Part shown: positions 9,654 to 18,390 of the stretch, piece by piece
How the letters are laid out: every line of letters starts with the position of its first letter
Position numbering within the stretch: the stretch's first letter is position 1
Translations under genes and position numbers: made by a program
The notes under the pieces: model-generated
Databases searched by the model: none
What the model was told of the DNA's origin: nothing
What the model saw: only the letters and a program-made list of their open reading frames with translations
Origin: Candidatus Baldrarchaeota archaeon
Lineage (GTDB): Archaea > Asgardarchaeota > Baldrarchaeia > Baldrarchaeales > DXJG01
Direction of reading: 5' to 3'
DNA: 32,000 nt
Assembly: GCA_019056805.1 (NCBI GenBank)
Contig: DXJG01000001.1
Span: 150,001 to 182,000 of the forward strand

Positions 9654-10547
9654 GTGTTTCATGTGGATAAGGAAAAAATTAAACATCTAGTTTGGCTATT
9701 TATTTCGATCGGTGTATGTATAACCATTTCCCTAGGTTTGACATATATTGCCGTTATTGCTGGTATGGCTGGCTATTTTACTGTGATACCCATTTTAAAC
9801 ACCGAAAGCATCCTACTAAGGTTTTTAGGAATCATAATTTCAACTTTGATAAGCTTAGGTATTATTTTATTGCTTTACATGTTTCTTTTAGCTAAGGGTC
9901 CATTTGCATTTAAATTTGCCATCTCACTTGGTATTACTCCTATTGTAACTGTTTCTGTAATTTTTTTCGGTGAAACCTTTTTGTTAATTCTTTTTCCTGC
10001 AACAATTAATCCTATATTGTACATTTTAGTCGCATTTGCTTCGTTGTACATTGCTGGATTCTCATCTGTTTTCATTATCACGGATATGTTATCTGAAAAA
10101 GGGAAAAAGAAATTAATGCTTCTTTATGGAAGTATTATGGGAGCATTTATTGGAGTTACCATGCATACTTTATCCATTCTTTCTCTGGTTGTTATGATAT
10201 CGCTATTAGATACTCTCCTTGCCTCCTTAGGATTCTCTGAGAGATTTCTCAATGTCTTAGAAGCTTATCCTAGGAGAGGAGCTGCTGATTTTTCATACTC
10301 TATAGGTAATGTAGATATAGGGTTTGGTGATTTTATTTTCTATTCTTTGCTTCCTGCTCATGCTTATTGGAAGTTTGGTTTAAATACTATGCTGTTTTCC
10401 GTTCTCTTCCTTTTCACTGGAGTTGCTTTAACATATAGGCTCATTTCTATGGGAAAAATCTTACCAGGAATTCCTATTCCAATTTCTCTTTCCTTAATCC
10501 CTATAATTGTTGCCGTTATACTTTCTGGTGGATTTTTTTATGTTTAA
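9654..10547 (+). CDS. Presenilin/SPP-family GxGD intramembrane aspartyl protease
   Basis: Multi-TM protein. First Asp in SLLDTLL, GxGD in IGFGDFIFYSLL, PAL-like motif LPGIPIPI near the C-terminus. Confidence 0.8.
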   Translation: MFHVDKEKIKHLVWLFISIGVCITISLGLTYIAVIAGMAGYFTVIPILNTESILLRFLGIIISTLISLGIILLLYMFLLAKGPFAFKFAISLGITPIVTVSVIFFGETFLLILFPATINPILYILVAFASLYIAGFSSVFIITDMLSEKGKKKLMLLYGSIMGAFIGVTMHTLSILSLVVMISLLDTLLASLGFSERFLNVLEAYPRRGAADFSYSIGNVDIGFGDFIFYSLLPAHAYWKFGLNTMLFSVLFLFTGVALTYRLISMGKILPGIPIPISLSLIPIIVAVILSGGFFYV

Positions 10548-10576
10548 TTTTTAAAATTGCATGTAAGAACTTAATA

Positions 10577-11278
10577 CTAAAAGGATCTTAGCTTTATTTT
10601 TAAATTGTACTGCTCGTTTAGTTTTTCAATTTCTTTAATAATTTTTTCTCTTGAGGGGGGTTTTAACCATTTTGGAGTGTTCTCTGTAGGTTTAAAGAGT
10701 TGTAGTACCCATAGAGGGACTTCCATTTTCGAAAGTAGTTCAGCAATTTTATGAAGATCTTCTACTGCTATTATTGGCTCTGCAATCGTGGTTCTAACTT
10801 CAAAATCTATTTGCTGGTCTTTTAATATACCTATTGTGGTTCTAACTTTTTGATAAGAGTTAACTCCAGTAATATACTGATACTTTTCTGGAGGTGCTTT
10901 ATAATCGACAGCTACTTCCGCTACTTCAAATCGTAAAATTTTTTCTATTACCTGAGGTTTTGTGCCATTGGTATCTATTGCTATTTTTTTACCATAGTCT
11001 TGAATTATCTTTGCAGCTTCAATTAAATCCTTTTCTTGCAGTGTCGGTTCTCCACCCGTGAATTTTACTATTCCAACAGCCCAATTCTTTTCTACCTGTT
11101 TTACAAAACTTTCTCTTGTTAAGGGAACTTCTTGAGTAAATTGGGGATAATTTTGACAGTATATACATCGCATATTACAATGTGATAGAAAAAAGAGTGT
11201 ACATGCATCAGTTCTACAATCAATGAGACTTAAGGGAACGTATGAAAAAATTTTAAGTAAAAAGGGAGATTTTTTCAT
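10577..11278 (-). CDS. nrdG: Anaerobic ribonucleotide reductase activating radical SAM enzyme
   Basis: CNMRCIYCQN, FTGGEPTLQ, DTNGT and FEVRTT motifs; immediately downstream of nrdD. Confidence 0.9.
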   Translation of the reverse strand: MKKSPFLLKIFSYVPLSLIDCRTDACTLFFLSHCNMRCIYCQNYPQFTQEVPLTRESFVKQVEKNWAVGIVKFTGGEPTLQEKDLIEAAKIIQDYGKKIAIDTNGTKPQVIEKILRFEVAEVAVDYKAPPEKYQYITGVNSYQKVRTTIGILKDQQIDFEVRTTIAEPIIAVEDLHKIAELLSKMEVPLWVLQLFKPTENTPKWLKPPSREKIIKEIEKLNEQYNLKIKLRSF

Positions 11279-11281
11279 ATA

Positions 11282-13138
11282 CTACGCCCTAAGATATTTG
11301 AGGTTAAGAGGATTTATAATTTCTCCGTCTAGTGTATAGTGTATTCTCCTAATGAACTCTGCTCTTTTACCCTGGTTCCAGAGATATACCGGTCTATAAT
11401 AGCCTACGATTCTACTCCATACTTCTAGAGAATTTACATGTCCACATGTTGGACACTTCTCGATAATACCATGCCATACACTACCACAATTTCTACACGT
11501 TGTTATTGTTGGAGTGATAGTTAGATAAGCAATTTTTGTATTTGTGAGTACGCGGCGGACAAATTTCTTAAGGGCTTCAACTTCTGGTTTTTCCCAAAGC
11601 CATATGTGAGTTACACATCCTCCAGTAAAGTAGGGGTGAAACTCTGCTTCTATTCTTATTTTTTCATGTAAGGGTATTTCCGCATTATAGGGTACGTGAG
11701 TACTATTTGTATAATAGTATGCTCCAGGTTCGCCTTGAATACAAATATTTTCTGCTCCAAATTCTTTAGCATCCAACATAGCTAATCGGTAACTTGTGGA
11801 TTCAGCTGGTGTTTGTTCCAAATTATATAGAGTATTATCTAGCTCTTCAAACTCCTGGAGTTTATCCAGTATATGTCTTAGTATTTTCTTTGCCAGTCGT
11901 ATACCATCTTGCTCATATATTGGTACACCTGCCAAATTCATGAGACACTCATGCATACCTACTATTCCTATAGTATTGTAATGATTATCATAAGTTCCTA
12001 GATATTCTCTTGTTATAGGCAGATCAAAGAAATTGCTTCTTAATATATCATTAAGGAATTTTCTCTTTGTCATTAATTGTTGCCTAGCTATTTCAAGTCT
12101 TTCATCTAGTTTTGTGAAGAAATCATCTTCATCTTTTGCTAAGTACCCAAGTCGGGGTAGATTAATCGTTACAACTCCTATACTTCCTGTTTCGTCAGGA
12201 ACTGTCCATATTCCACCTGCATGTCTACATAATTTACCTATGTCCGGAAGTAGGCGACAACACATAGCAAATCTGCTGTTAGGATCTATATATCCATTCA
12301 GATAGTTTAAGAAGTAAAATGACCCACGTAAGGCTGTTAATTCAAAAATCTCATAAGTTAAATCTATATCTCCTAGAATCCATTTTCTTTCATTCCAATC
12401 AAAATTTTTATCAATTCCTATTGTAGGTATAGGGAATGTAAATGGTCTATGTTTACTATCTCCCTCTTTTAAAGTATCAATTAATCCATATGTTGTTATC
12501 ATGGCTTCTTCTATGTAATCACCTAGTGTTCCATGTTCTTTTCCACCTATTATGGCAGGTCTTTCTTGTTTTTCTCCATTTACACTAAAATTCAAAGTAA
12601 CATTTACAAAAGGACTTTGAGAACCGAATCTACTGGGGAAATTAAAATTAAAAACAAGTCTCTGAATATTTTGCTCTACTTCCTTAGGGTTTAATTTATC
12701 TACGTGTACAAAGGGAGCTAAATATAGATCAAAGTCTCCAAAGGCTTGTGCTCCTGCCCATTCTTGTTGTGAGGTACATATAAAGTTTATTATATGATCT
12801 ACAGCCGATGACATATGTTTTGCGGGAGACGCATAAACGTTTGGAGTTATTAAACCCTTTCTAAAAAGTCTTTCTAGACTCCATCCAGCACAGTAGGCTA
12901 TGAAGCGAGCAAAGGGTAAATCATGGATATGTATGTCTCCTCTTACATGTGCTTCTACTTGTTCTCTTGGATACCCATTTGATGAAAAAAGAGCATAATT
13001 TTTAAGGATTTCTTGCGCAACAAAGCCAAATAGCCCACTGAATGTTTTAAACGTGTTTGCATTTTCTCGAACAAGCCAAGTCTTTTCATACAAATATGAA
13101 TTAACGAGATCTTCTATGTTCATTAACGGTTTTTTCAC
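11282..13138 (-). CDS. nrdD: Class III anaerobic ribonucleoside-triphosphate reductase (no ATP cone)
   Basis: HIHDL, MCCRL, EQTPAES, CxxC..CxxC and the glycyl-radical loop SRIVGYYRPV. GTG start at 13138 chosen from GGAGGG upstream (the ORF track starts at 13174). Confidence 0.93.
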   Translation of the reverse strand: MKKPLMNIEDLVNSYLYEKTWLVRENANTFKTFSGLFGFVAQEILKNYALFSSNGYPREQVEAHVRGDIHIHDLPFARFIAYCAGWSLERLFRKGLITPNVYASPAKHMSSAVDHIINFICTSQQEWAGAQAFGDFDLYLAPFVHVDKLNPKEVEQNIQRLVFNFNFPSRFGSQSPFVNVTLNFSVNGEKQERPAIIGGKEHGTLGDYIEEAMITTYGLIDTLKEGDSKHRPFTFPIPTIGIDKNFDWNERKWILGDIDLTYEIFELTALRGSFYFLNYLNGYIDPNSRFAMCCRLLPDIGKLCRHAGGIWTVPDETGSIGVVTINLPRLGYLAKDEDDFFTKLDERLEIARQQLMTKRKFLNDILRSNFFDLPITREYLGTYDNHYNTIGIVGMHECLMNLAGVPIYEQDGIRLAKKILRHILDKLQEFEELDNTLYNLEQTPAESTSYRLAMLDAKEFGAENICIQGEPGAYYYTNSTHVPYNAEIPLHEKIRIEAEFHPYFTGGCVTHIWLWEKPEVEALKKFVRRVLTNTKIAYLTITPTITTCRNCGSVWHGIIEKCPTCGHVNSLEVWSRIVGYYRPVYLWNQGKRAEFIRRIHYTLDGEIINPLNLKYLRA

Positions 13139-13217
13139 AGAACACCCTCCCTTACCGCTCCCTTGTTTTATCAAAAAAATTTGATAATATAATACAGTTT
13201 TTTAGTTATCTAATAAA

Positions 13218-13240
13218 AGTAGGGCTTTAAAGCTTTACCC
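13218..13240 (-). promoter_or_regulatory. Probable BRE-TATA promoter of nrdDG
   Basis: The minus strand reads GGGTAAAGCTTTAAAGCCCT (purine-rich BRE followed by TTTAAA) in the intergenic gap upstream of nrdD. Confidence 0.45.
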
Positions 13241-13273
13241 TTCTTAACCCTTCTGCTTTGCATTATTTTTTTG

Positions 13274-13957
13274 TTACCTATTATTACAATGTGCGTGGCG
13301 GCATAACAACATATTCTTTATTTTTTCTTCTAAGTTTTTAAATTTAGATAAGTTTCCATCCCAGTTTTCCAGTACATCTCCATACGATTCTTCAAAAGTC
13401 TTTATAAATTTAGTAATTCTATTTCTCATTTCTTGTGTTGGTGACGATGTAAATGCTGCTATAGTGATCTTTTTACCTTTTTCAAGTATTATTTCCCCAT
13501 CCCCATAATCTATTTTTTTAACTCCAGTTCCTGTTTGCGTTATCTCCTTTATTAGTGTTGATATCCCTGTCAGAGCTCCTGAAACAAGTGTAGGATCAAG
13601 TATCATGTTATTTGCCACATAAAAATATATAGGGGTACCATCTTCATAGATTATGTACAAACTTTTAATTTCAGGTTCATATGCTACCATGGTTGCTTTT
13701 TCAGGTTCTTTTGGAGGTGACTCAAGAGTTATAGCGTCTTTTAACATTTTTACCCAAACAATTATCTTTCCAACTCGTTCCTGCAATTGTTCTTTTAGTT
13801 TTTTGTTAACCTTATCGTTTTTAGCTACACCTATAAGAATTTCTGCAGCTTCTAAAGCTGCTTTCGCAGCCTCCTTGTACCTTTTTTGTTTCTCTAAGTT
13901 TTTTGCATCTTTTATTTTTTGCTTTGCTTTTAATAATTCCTTTTCTATGCTCTGCAT
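13274..13957 (-). CDS. MIT-like domain fused to a longin/roadblock-like domain
   Basis: N-terminal three-helix pattern AKQKIKDAKNLEKQKRYKEAAKAALEAAE (MIT-like). C-terminal LYIIYEDGTPIY..LVSGALTGISTLIKEI..NWDGNLSKF pattern typical of Asgard longin-like domains. Confidence 0.65.
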   Translation of the reverse strand: MQSIEKELLKAKQKIKDAKNLEKQKRYKEAAKAALEAAEILIGVAKNDKVNKKLKEQLQERVGKIIVWVKMLKDAITLESPPKEPEKATMVAYEPEIKSLYIIYEDGTPIYFYVANNMILDPTLVSGALTGISTLIKEITQTGTGVKKIDYGDGEIILEKGKKITIAAFTSSPTQEMRNRITKFIKTFEESYGDVLENWDGNLSKFKNLEEKIKNMLLCRHAHCNNR

Positions 13958-13961
13958 CTTC

Positions 13962-14288
13962 CTATCTCTTCTCCCTTCTTCTATTCTTAAATTTTTTAAT
14001 TGACTTTTCTAATTTACCTAGTGCCTGCATAAGAGCGTTTTTTACATTCCACGCTTTTGCAGTGGCTTCAAAAGTTTTACCTGGTATTGAGAGTTGTGTT
14101 TGAATAGAATATAAAACACGACTTTCATTTGTTTGATGGAGGGTTTGTACGTTTATCTTAAGATACCGTATTTGGCTAAGCAACTTGCCATATTTTTCTG
14201 CTTGTTTTGCGAGAAATACATTTATTTCCTCTTTATCTTTTTCTTTAAGTTTTTCGAGACCTGTAACTTGTACTACATATTCATACAA
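13962..14288 (-). CDS. Stand-alone HPF/RaiA(S30EA)-fold protein, putative ribosome hibernation factor
   Basis: 108 aa with beta-alpha-beta-beta-beta-alpha pattern: VQVTGL, YSIQTQL, FEATAKAWNVKNALMQALGKLEKSI, plus a basic tail. Resembles the HPF-like domain fused to CBS domains in other archaea. Confidence 0.55.
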   Translation of the reverse strand: MYEYVVQVTGLEKLKEKDKEEINVFLAKQAEKYGKLLSQIRYLKINVQTLHQTNESRVLYSIQTQLSIPGKTFEATAKAWNVKNALMQALGKLEKSIKKFKNRRREKR

Positions 14289-14344
14289 TTTGATAACACC
14301 TAAATACCATATTATTTTTATAGCTCATATTTTTAGTGCTCGAA

Positions 14345-15811
14345 TTAATATGTTAATTGTTGAAACAATGAAGTGACATTGTACGTAAGAAGGAAAATTA
14401 AGATGGTTAATAATATTTGTGACTTCATTCGAGGATCCATGGTTGCTTTACAATTCGCATAAGCTGTGATCACTGAAGTCGCTAATAAGGACATTACCAT
14501 GATTAAGTTATTAAATATAGGACTATACGATTTATTAAAAATAAACATTGTAGAATACGCTATCACAGGGATAATTGCTGATATAAAGCCCAACAATGCT
14601 GTTAAAGCTATTGTTATTATTCTTGCTTTTAATCTCTGAGTAGCTACTAAAGTTTCTCTTTTCCTAGTAAGTGTAACTATTTCTCTTAGTTTCGTTGAAA
14701 TTCCTGATATTTTTTCTCCAGATCTTTTTGAATCTTTTTCTATTATTTGAGCAGCAGTTTTTAAAGAAATTATAACATAAGGATGTTTAAAATTAGCTAT
14801 AAACTTAGCCCATGCAACTTTTAGCGGAGTTAAATTGAAAAACAAATCTTTAACCATAAGAGTCATCTTTCTGCTTACACTTTTTGAAACAGTTTTAATA
14901 GTTTCTGCTATAGCCTTTTCCGGCGAATAATTCAACTCAAGGAACTTACTGTAAGTTTCCAGGAACTCAGCACATTCCTCCAATTCATTTATCATAGTCC
15001 TTGCCTCTATCTTCATATCCCTTGATAAAGGTAACAATATTTTCTTACTGGGGAATTTTTGTAAAAATATTTGAACTAGAGGGATTGTAGGAATAAGCCA
15101 AGAATATCCCCAGAGGGTATAGGTCATAGTGAGGAGAAAAGGTAAAAAGGTAGAGACAGTTACTATAAGTAAAATTCTCATTTCTATTTCTCTGGTCATT
15201 TTTTCATACTCGTTTTCCATTTCACGAAAATATTCTTCAATATTACTCGTATTTTGTTTCCCAACACTTAAAATAGCTAATACAGCCGTTTTGAAATCAT
15301 TAGAAGGTTGAGTTAAAGCATAATCAAATAGCAATTTTTCTGGGGAGTGGCCAAACGACGTTTTCCTTAAAATGTCTCTAAATTTTTGAGATACTATGGG
15401 GTAGTTTGATTGCGCAATACTCTTTATTGCTTCAAATACGGAATCTGTTGCTTCTAAACTCAATGACAATTCATAAAATACAAGAGGAGCTAAACTGGCA
15501 TGTACAATCTTTTCGTTTGTATAAATCGAAGTAACAGAATTCTTAATCGAAAAAAACACAACATAAATTACAAAAAAAGAAAATACAGCCGCTAGGTAAG
15601 CTCCAATTCTTACCAGAAGTAAAAATGATATTAACCCGAAAAGTAAACTTAGTATAAAAGCTGTACTCAATAAAGCTGCAAATGAAATGTTAAAACGTTT
15701 TTTTAAATAGTCCGTTAGTTCTTCAGAATTTTTTCCCGCAATTTTTTCCCCAATTGTCAAAAGGAAATCCCATTTCTCGATTTTTGTAGCAAGGTATCTA
15801 ATTATATGCAA
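14345..15811 (-). CDS. Type II secretion F-domain (TadB/TadC/FlaJ-like) membrane platform protein
   Basis: Two repeats of the pattern 'soluble helical domain (GHSPEKLL / NYSPEKAI) followed by TM helices'. Confidence 0.65.
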   Translation of the reverse strand: MHIIRYLATKIEKWDFLLTIGEKIAGKNSEELTDYLKKRFNISFAALLSTAFILSLLFGLISFLLLVRIGAYLAAVFSFFVIYVVFFSIKNSVTSIYTNEKIVHASLAPLVFYELSLSLEATDSVFEAIKSIAQSNYPIVSQKFRDILRKTSFGHSPEKLLFDYALTQPSNDFKTAVLAILSVGKQNTSNIEEYFREMENEYEKMTREIEMRILLIVTVSTFLPFLLTMTYTLWGYSWLIPTIPLVQIFLQKFPSKKILLPLSRDMKIEARTMINELEECAEFLETYSKFLELNYSPEKAIAETIKTVSKSVSRKMTLMVKDLFFNLTPLKVAWAKFIANFKHPYVIISLKTAAQIIEKDSKRSGEKISGISTKLREIVTLTRKRETLVATQRLKARIITIALTALLGFISAIIPVIAYSTMFIFNKSYSPIFNNLIMVMSLLATSVITAYANCKATMDPRMKSQILLTILIFLLTYNVTSLFQQLTY

Positions 15812-15824
15812 TATTTACTTTCTC

Positions 15825-17822
15825 CTAAATGTTTATAGAGAATTCTAATATTTTCCGTTTACGCACTACTATAAAAATCCCTAATAGACAAGGTATACTA
15901 ATTATCTTCAAAAAATCTTTTAAAAAGGAATAAATATTTCTTGACGGTAAAACTTCGATTTCTATTCTCTTCAAAGAGGCTCCATAGAAATCCGAGCCGT
16001 TGTATTTGAACATAACTACTATTATAGCTGGTTCGGAAGGCATTTTCAATTTTACAATTACTTTTCCATCGTTGTTTGTTTTCACAGTATTTAATAATGA
16101 ATCATTAAGATAGACAGACAATTTTTCAAATTTCAACGGCATTCCTTCAATAGTTTGGAGAGTAACTTCACAAATTATGATTTCTTCGATTTTTACCCGT
16201 CTTGGTATATTTAGGATTAATTCAGTTGGTATCTTCTCAACAATTCTATAAATTACGTAATTTTCTGCATTTAAAAGATATTGTTCTGGGTTTCCTAAAT
16301 ACGTCACTTTTATTATTAATTGACCGAAAACAGCATTACTTGGAATAATATATGTTATTGTAGCTTTTCCTAAATCATCTGTAGTGACGTTTCCTATGTA
16401 TAAGTGATTGGTTATGTCGTAAGCATGTATGACTTTTCCTTGTAGGGGATCGTTTTGTAAAGTTTTAAGTTGAACGAAAAAAGATATCTGCATACTTCTA
16501 GCTACAAGAGTGATGTTATTTTCTTTTTTAACGACAAGATTTGGACGTTCGAAGACTAATATTGGAACTTTTAGCATAGTTGAATCATAAAATTCATCGC
16601 CTGGGAAATTGATCGTGATGAATGAGGGACCTTTAGCTTGAGAGACGTACCACTGTATTGTGGCGCATCCATTATCATTTGTGATTGTACTAGTCAGCAA
16701 GTTTCCTTGACTATCAAAAACTAACAATTCTCTAAATGGTACAGGATCGTTTTGGTCATCAAGAAGGGTAACATTTAATTTTGTTATTTCTCCACTAATT
16801 ACCGTTACATTACTGAAACAAAAATCGATATACGTAATACCTCTTATCGTAAGCGTAACATTTCTTTCCGCGTTTTCATACCTTGGACTACCAGCAAAAG
16901 AAACTGTATAAACATATTCTCCCGGGTCTGTATAGTTTGGTATATAAATAATAGCTTCAAAAAAACCAGTAGCATTTGTCCATGCTGAAGAGACGTTTCC
17001 TTTTTCATTTTTTACATAAATTGCGGCATTAACCAGAGGATCACCTTTTTCATCTACTAGTTTCCCTGTTATTGTTACAGTTTGGTTTCTATAAGCCACT
17101 TCGGGTTTTATTTCTAACATTGTTATATTAGTTTTTATTTTTCGAATATTAAGCGCTATAATACATGTACTTTTTTCGTAATACTGATAGGGACCAGCTT
17201 GAATAGTTAGTTCAATTTTTCCTTCAGAAGTTTTTGGCGAAGGTATATATCTTAAAACCGTCTCTCCTTTTTCGTTAGTAAATTGTTGATCAATTATCTT
17301 TTCTCCTTCTATTAACGATACATTTATTGCTTTTACGGGTTCTCCTACATCGTCTGTGACAGTAACATTAATAACAACTTCATCTCCTGGAGCCACTGTC
17401 TGATCATAAGGGTCTAAAGTCGTATCAGTCACTAAAATAGTTAGGTAGGTTTTTCCCATGACCGTCAAATAAAACACTTGATACGAAGGACTTAGGTTTT
17501 TAGCAAGATTTCCTCGGAAAGTTGCATTTAACACAAGTTGACCTGGAGAATAACTTTTTGGCACAGTCCATGATATTTGTGCAATTCCATTGTCATTTGT
17601 TACCGCTTCTCCTATGTACATGTTATGAGTTTCATCGTAGAAATATATCGTTTCGTTTACAACTGGTTCTCCTAAATCATCCTCTAAGGTTGCAGTAAGA
17701 GTAAGAGTCTGACCTCTATAGACAATAATTTCCTGACTTTGTGCATTTAGGACATTGAAGGAAAAATAACATAAAAGTATCACTAAGATAGCTAACGAGG
17801 CGATGATAAATACCCTTTTCAC
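15825..17822 (-). CDS. Secreted, C-terminally anchored surface protein with about 6 tandem Ig-like (Big) repeats
   Basis: N-terminal signal peptide; repeated TL.D..G.P....I.......G...T...G.A units of about 100 aa ending in F.G...Y; C-terminal TM followed by VRKRK. Confidence 0.8.
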   Translation of the reverse strand: MKRVFIIASLAILVILLCYFSFNVLNAQSQEIIVYRGQTLTLTATLEDDLGEPVVNETIYFYDETHNMYIGEAVTNDNGIAQISWTVPKSYSPGQLVLNATFRGNLAKNLSPSYQVFYLTVMGKTYLTILVTDTTLDPYDQTVAPGDEVVINVTVTDDVGEPVKAINVSLIEGEKIIDQQFTNEKGETVLRYIPSPKTSEGKIELTIQAGPYQYYEKSTCIIALNIRKIKTNITMLEIKPEVAYRNQTVTITGKLVDEKGDPLVNAAIYVKNEKGNVSSAWTNATGFFEAIIYIPNYTDPGEYVYTVSFAGSPRYENAERNVTLTIRGITYIDFCFSNVTVISGEITKLNVTLLDDQNDPVPFRELLVFDSQGNLLTSTITNDNGCATIQWYVSQAKGPSFITINFPGDEFYDSTMLKVPILVFERPNLVVKKENNITLVARSMQISFFVQLKTLQNDPLQGKVIHAYDITNHLYIGNVTTDDLGKATITYIIPSNAVFGQLIIKVTYLGNPEQYLLNAENYVIYRIVEKIPTELILNIPRRVKIEEIIICEVTLQTIEGMPLKFEKLSVYLNDSLLNTVKTNNDGKVIVKLKMPSEPAIIVVMFKYNGSDFYGASLKRIEIEVLPSRNIYSFLKDFLKIISIPCLLGIFIVVRKRKILEFSINI

Positions 17823-17963
17823 TTTTACCCATTTTATCTATGTTTATCTTAGAATTTAAACCCCTTGTCTTATATTGTATGGTATCTGTATCTCAGACAG
17901 ATTTATTTACATGAACCTAAACCTTAATAAGATACTAAATACTTCTAAAAAACGAAATAAGAG

Positions 17964-18251
17964 GTGTGCATCTTGAGCGTAATTACTAAGAATATAGTTA
18001 AATTACTACGTATGATATCTTTGGTCTTTGTCATTATTTCAATTGCCAGTCTCATTTATATATCGATTAACGGGCTTAACCTCTTATCATCTGCAATATT
18101 TCTTGTTTTTATCTATCTTTTCGGGATAACACTAGGTACCGCTGGAAAAATTGAAGAAAAAGAAGAAACAAAACCTAAAATTTTATTAGAATGGAGTGCC
18201 GCTTGCCTAGTCGGAGTTATTCTCCTAACATTAGTTATTTTCTTCTCATAA
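17964..18251 (+). CDS. Small 3-TM membrane protein of unknown function
   Basis: 95-aa ORF with three hydrophobic segments; GAGGTG at 17961-17966 suggests a TTG start at 17973. Confidence 0.6.
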   Translation: MCILSVITKNIVKLLRMISLVFVIISIASLIYISINGLNLLSSAIFLVFIYLFGITLGTAGKIEEKEETKPKILLEWSAACLVGVILLTLVIFFS

Positions 18252-18390
18252 CGATTCTAAGAGTAAACTAAGAGGTGGGTTTAAAAACTCAGCGAAACAT
18301 TTTTTGAATACAAAATATATTTCCATAGGGAAATATTCACACACCTAACATAATTGTATAATTAATTTCTAATAACCAGGTGGTGATGAA

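Noticed and set aside
11282-13138. Intein or intron in nrdD, a frequent insertion target
   Set aside because: Length and motif spacing are normal, with no intein or homing-endonuclease motifs.
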